DNA of 10,898 nucleotides. Origin: Candidatus Hermodarchaeota archaeon (lineage in GTDB: Archaea > Asgardarchaeota > Lokiarchaeia > Sigyniarchaeales > SOKP01). Every line of letters starts with the position of its first letter. Position 1 is the stretch's first letter. The translations under genes and the position numbers were made by a program. Shown piece after piece: positions 7,636 to 10,898 of this stretch. The stretch covers positions 1-10,898 of the forward strand of contig JBHLLG010000096.1 in NCBI GenBank assembly GCA_048885925.1, in the 5' to 3' direction. Below the pieces are notes generated by a model. The model saw only the letters and a list, made by a program, of their open reading frames with translations, made no database searches and was not told the origin of the DNA.

Positions 7636-8442
7636 TCAATCTCTCTCTTTTTTTTCGTTATCTTCTGGTATTTTTTTAGGAATTTGGAATGCGTTAGTTA
7701 ATGAGTCGATTGATCTAGGTTTATTAAATTTATCTTCTTGGAAGATTGGTATCTCTAATTTAATAGAGGGAGATTTATCTTCTTTGTTAATGTAAAATTC
7801 AATTCCTTGTATCATTCGGTCTTTTATAATTAATCTCGTTGAGTAGTTATGATCTTGAAAGAAAGTAAAGCCAGTATTCAATCTTCCTAATTTTATTGGA
7901 GTTATTTTGACTTTTTCTTCTTTTAGAAATGATTCTGTGACTTCTTCATCAGTAAATATCTTATCACCTATTACTATAAATCTTCGAATAAGATTATCGG
8001 GATGACGAATTTGATTTACATATTCTAACGCCTTACTGATGTTTGGATTTGAAATAGAAATGTTTCCGGTATATTTATCAGGAGTAAGTTCTGGAAAATC
8101 TTTCTTCTCGATCGGTTTAGCTCGGCCTGCACCAATTGGTTTATCAAGTAATTCAAGAAATTCCTTATCTTCTCTAGAATAGATATTTAATGAATATATC
8201 CTATAAAATAATCTCATTTGCTGTCTAAACATCCCTGCTAAAATTCCACTAAAAATTTGAACTTTAAAAGAACTATATAGTCCATAATATGTCCAAATTC
8301 GTTTAGTATCATGATCTATAAGTATGTAAACTTTGTTATTGTTTGTATCATTTAAAATATCACTAACAACTTGCCCCTGAACTACTTCCTTTGTTACCAT
8401 ATAAGGAAATTCTTGTACTTCAAGTACTTCAAAAATTTGCAT
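7636..8442 (-). CDS. Putative Asgard gelsolin-like single-domain protein with C-terminal extension
   Basis: L...KVYILIDHDTKRIWTYYG..SS......A..FR fits the gelsolin/villin repeat pattern (hhhhD...IWxWxG..S...helix) recalled from Asgard proteins; recognised by eye only. Confidence 0.55.
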   Translation of the reverse strand: MQIFEVLEVQEFPYMVTKEVVQGQVVSDILNDTNNNKVYILIDHDTKRIWTYYGLYSSFKVQIFSGILAGMFRQQMRLFYRIYSLNIYSREDKEFLELLDKPIGAGRAKPIEKKDFPELTPDKYTGNISISNPNISKALEYVNQIRHPDNLIRRFIVIGDKIFTDEEVTESFLKEEKVKITPIKLGRLNTGFTFFQDHNYSTRLIIKDRMIQGIEFYINKEDKSPSIKLEIPIFQEDKFNKPRSIDSLTNAFQIPKKIPEDNEKKERD

Positions 8443-8463
8443 AGAGGAATATCTATATTTTTC

Positions 8464-8471
8464 TTATATAA
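8464..8471 (-). promoter_or_regulatory. Putative TATA box for the gelsolin-like / radical SAM / ATL gene run
   Basis: GAA-TTATATAA, 22-29 nt upstream of ATG 8442, consistent with a leaderless transcript. Confidence 0.35.
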
Positions 8472-8616
8472 TTCTAATAGTTTATTCACTAAAATAAATT
8501 TCATTATCATTGCTAGTAAGGAAGTATTTCTAAACATTATAATTCCATAAAATTTTTATGAAAAAATACATTTTAAAAGTTAATCTTGCTTTTATGTGCT
8601 TTTAAATTGATACATC

Positions 8617-9015
8617 GTGTCTTCTGAAAAAATAGTATATAAACTGAATATCAGTGGCGGAAATGATGGACCTGGAAAGGGATTATCTAAGCTCATTGAG
8701 ATTGATGAAAAGAAATTTCGATTTGAAGGGATGAAGATTGGAGATACTATTAAAGGTGGTGTCATAGGATTTCCAAACTATGAATTTACTATTACCGGTG
8801 GTTGCGATTATAGTGGATTTCCGATGAGAAAAGATGTTCAAGGGCCAATTAAAAAGAGAATTCTTGTTTCTAAAAGAGGAATTGGATATAAACCGAAAAG
8901 AAAGGGACAAAAAAGGAGGAAAACAGTTCGAGGTAACGAGGTTACCCATGATATGGCTTTGATAAATTTGAAAGTAATAAAATACGGAGAAGCTGAACTT
9001 TTTAAGAAGGAGTAA
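8617..9015 (+). CDS. rps6e: 30S ribosomal protein S6e (eS6)
   Basis: KLNIS, GMKIGD, ITGGCDYSGFPMR, GQKRRKTVRGN, INLKV motifs. Confidence 0.97.
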   Translation: MSSEKIVYKLNISGGNDGPGKGLSKLIEIDEKKFRFEGMKIGDTIKGGVIGFPNYEFTITGGCDYSGFPMRKDVQGPIKKRILVSKRGIGYKPKRKGQKRRKTVRGNEVTHDMALINLKVIKYGEAELFKKE

Positions 9016-9043
9016 AATTTAGCAAATTCGGAGTTAATTAATA

Positions 9044-9226
9044 ATGGTAAAAGTAAAAAAGTGTAGTTTCTGTGGTTATGACATCCCAATAGGGAAAGGG
9101 TTTATGTTTATAAAACGGGATGGTCAAATTCTGAATTTTTGCACCAACAAGTGCCGAAAAGCTATGCTTGATTATAATAAAAAAGCAAGAAAGACAAGAT
9201 GGACTGCCCATTACGGAAAACAATAA
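9044..9226 (+). CDS. rpl24e: 50S ribosomal protein L24e (eL24)
   Basis: CSFCG.DIPIGKG.MFIKRDG....FCTNKC...RKTRWT signature. Confidence 0.97.
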   Translation: MVKVKKCSFCGYDIPIGKGFMFIKRDGQILNFCTNKCRKAMLDYNKKARKTRWTAHYGKQ

Positions 9227-9273
9227 TATATTATATTAGTTCTACTTTTTCTAAGGCTTATAAAAAATTAAAA

Positions 9274-9327
9274 TTATTGTAATCGTGGAAATTTGAGTAA
9301 TTCATCGATCAAATCTATATAACCAAT
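9274..9327 (-). repeat. Second, synonymously recoded copy of the rpoN 3' end
   Basis: ATT GGT TAT ATA GAT TTG ATC GAT GAA TTA CTC AAA TTT CCA CGA TTA CAA TAA = IGYIDLIDELLKFPRLQ*, beginning 1 nt after the rpoN stop. Confidence 0.9.
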
Positions 9328-9328
9328 T

Positions 9329-9560
9329 TTACTGTAGTCTTGGAAACTTAAGGAGCTCATCTATTAGATCCACATGACTTATGCTTAGAAAGCGTAAGTG
9401 CTTACTAATCTACAATCATGCGTTTACAACAGAAGCGCTCAATTCCAAGCTCCTTAAAAGCTTTTTCAGAGCTTTCCCCTTTTTCTAACATCTCAAGGTA
9501 CGGTTTATAAACATGAGCAATTAATTTGCCGCAACTGAAGCAGCGGATTGGTATTATTAT
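9329..9560 (-). CDS. rpoN: DNA-directed RNA polymerase subunit N (Rpo10/RPB10), split into two exons (9560-9410 and 9378-9329); 66 aa after removing 31 nt
   Basis: (M)IIPIRCFSCGKLIAHVYKPYLEMLEKGESSEKAFKELGIERFCCKRMIV, then after a 31-nt insert and in another frame (G/S)HVDLIDELLKFPRLQ*. This is the canonical IPxRCxxCG...CCxRM..xHVD signature. Confidence 0.95.
9379..9409 (-). other. Candidate 31-nt bulge-helix-bulge mRNA intron in rpoN
   Basis: Contains in-frame TAG TAA and shifts the frame. Exon-exon stem CGCAUGA/UCAUGUG, central UUGU/GCAU, 3-nt bulges AGA and AAG, inner stem UUAG-U-AAGC/GCUU-U-CUAA with a 6-nt loop. Confidence 0.8.
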
Positions 9561-9567
9561 GGTAATT

Positions 9568-9574
9568 CTCCTCC
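9568..9574 (-). promoter_or_regulatory. Shine-Dalgarno motif of rpoN
   Basis: GGAGGAG, 7 nt upstream of ATA 9560, the codon aligning with the conserved Met1. Confidence 0.7.
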
Positions 9575-9783
9575 ATATTTTCAATTATGGTAAATATTTT
9601 TAAAATTCTATGTTTTAAAGTATCTCTAAACTAAGATTAATTCTGGAATAGTAAATGAACCCTTTAAAAAAAGTTTTACTATTATCTATTCTTAAAAAAA
9701 GAAAATTATCTAATACCTGCGGATATTAATTTAAGTTCTTGAATATTAAGATTTTATTTTTAATTGATATTGAGAGTCGTATA

Positions 9784-10632
9784 TTAAAAAATTTGAAGAT
9801 CTTTCCCTGAAACTACTTTTCCATAATATTTTTTCTTAACCTCAGCTAAAAGTTCTTTTTCACTTGCACCCCAAAAAAGTTGATGATAAAGAATCAATAA
9901 ATCAGGTTTTACTTTAGAAGCAATATTTGCAAGTTCATTTGAGGATGTGTGTACATTAGAATGATATCTTTTCCAATTAGGAGGTAATTTCTCCAATCCA
10001 TTTGAAGAATAGACTTCATGAATCAAAATATTGCATCCTTTATAATAATCAAAACATTCATCAAAAGGAGCTGTATCACCTGAGATTGTAATTATTTTTT
10101 TAGGTGTAATAAACTTAAATCCATATGAAGTTAAAGTTCCATGATTAACAGGGAAAGCTTCTACAGTTATATTCTCATCTTCGTAAATGAAATTAGATTG
10201 TATTTCACTAACTTTAACATTGTATCCTGTTTCATTTGCAGGTTCCAAGCCTTCTAATCTCTCTTTAATATCAAGATGATATGCTTTTAGTATATAGTCT
10301 GTCATTTCTTGAGTTCCCAAAGGGCCATAGATCTCAAGAGGCTTAGATCGTCCCATAATCCATGGAGTTAATATAAGATCTGGATAACCAAGGGTATGAT
10401 CTGAATGCAAATGGGTTAAAAAGCCTTTAGTTAATTGAGAAGTTTCTAGCGATTTAATTCTAAAATTTGAATAAGCTAAATATGTTTGACGGGTGATTCC
10501 GACACCAAAATCAACTAAATATGAAGAATTGTTCACAAGTATTGCTAATGCAGGACCAAAACGCATAGGATCAGGATTAGGATTTCCTGTCCCCAAAAGT
10601 ATAATTTTAGGTTCTTTTGGATTTAATTTCAT
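9784..10632 (-). CDS. MBL-fold metallo-hydrolase, RNase Z/BN (AtsA/ElaC)-like
   Basis: LLGTG.P, LVDFG.G, FLTHLHSDHTLG (HxHxDH), VNHG, ISGDT, LIHEV, HT, LYH motifs. Confidence 0.92.
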   Translation of the reverse strand: MKLNPKEPKIILLGTGNPNPDPMRFGPALAILVNNSSYLVDFGVGITRQTYLAYSNFRIKSLETSQLTKGFLTHLHSDHTLGYPDLILTPWIMGRSKPLEIYGPLGTQEMTDYILKAYHLDIKERLEGLEPANETGYNVKVSEIQSNFIYEDENITVEAFPVNHGTLTSYGFKFITPKKIITISGDTAPFDECFDYYKGCNILIHEVYSSNGLEKLPPNWKRYHSNVHTSSNELANIASKVKPDLLILYHQLFWGASEKELLAEVKKKYYGKVVSGKDLQIF

Positions 10633-10898
10633 ATGATCATCTTTATGATTTTTAAAATAGCTAATCTCTTCTAAGAATTAATTTACTATTAATTATAGTG
10701 CTATGTTTATATTTATAATTCTTAGTTGTTTGATTTTTTGTGGTTCTTCTCATAATAAAATTTATGAAATTTTTTGATTTTTTACCCAAATGAAAAATTT
10801 TATTTAATCTCTACAATTACCTTTATCATTCTAACTCGATGATTTATGAAAATATATCTAAAATTAAATATATTTGAATGAGTGTGATTAAAAATTTC

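Noticed and set aside
8683-9223. Three minus-strand ORFs (8683-8949, 8838-9089, 9038-9223)
   Set aside because: Antisense shadows of rps6e and rpl24e.
9384-9405. Spliceosomal-looking GTAAG...TTTCTAAG 22-mer inside the rpoN insert; its removal also restores the frame (MIVDYISHVD)
   Set aside because: It leaves 3 extra residues in the conserved CCxRMxxxHVD spacing, archaea lack a spliceosome, and the BHB geometry already explains an exact 31-nt excision. RNA junction reads would distinguish the two.
9329-9410. Stop-codon readthrough (Pyl/Sec) or simple frameshifting as the explanation for split rpoN
   Set aside because: There are two consecutive stops (TAG TAA), and the downstream part is in a different frame and 31 nt too far away.
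10633-10898. Short ORFs at the right edge, including ATG 10878 running off the window
   Set aside because: Too short or truncated to support a call. No tRNA, rRNA, CRISPR array or transposase was seen anywhere in the window.

Overview
AT-rich archaeal DNA, most likely an Asgard (Lokiarchaeia-like) archaeon, judged from rpS6e, rpL24e, RpoN/Rpo10, Fae-Hps, a gelsolin-like protein and a vWA-RING protein. Manual translation recovers four genes absent from the ORF track: a vWA + C4HC3 RING-like protein running off the left edge, a small CxxC/CxxC zinc protein, an alkyltransferase-like (PWHRV) protein and rpoN. The main finding is that rpoN is split by a 31-nt insert that contains stop codons and shifts the frame. 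The insert folds with its flanking exons into a bulge-helix-bulge (BHB)-like structure, so it is a candidate tRNA-endonuclease-spliced mRNA intron in a core RNA polymerase subunit gene. A second, synonymously recoded copy of the 3' exon follows immediately. A similar orphan duplicate 3' end follows a stand-alone ATP-cone gene, and two genes appear to start at near-cognate codons (ATA, ATC). Protein family calls come from motif recognition by eye, not database searches.
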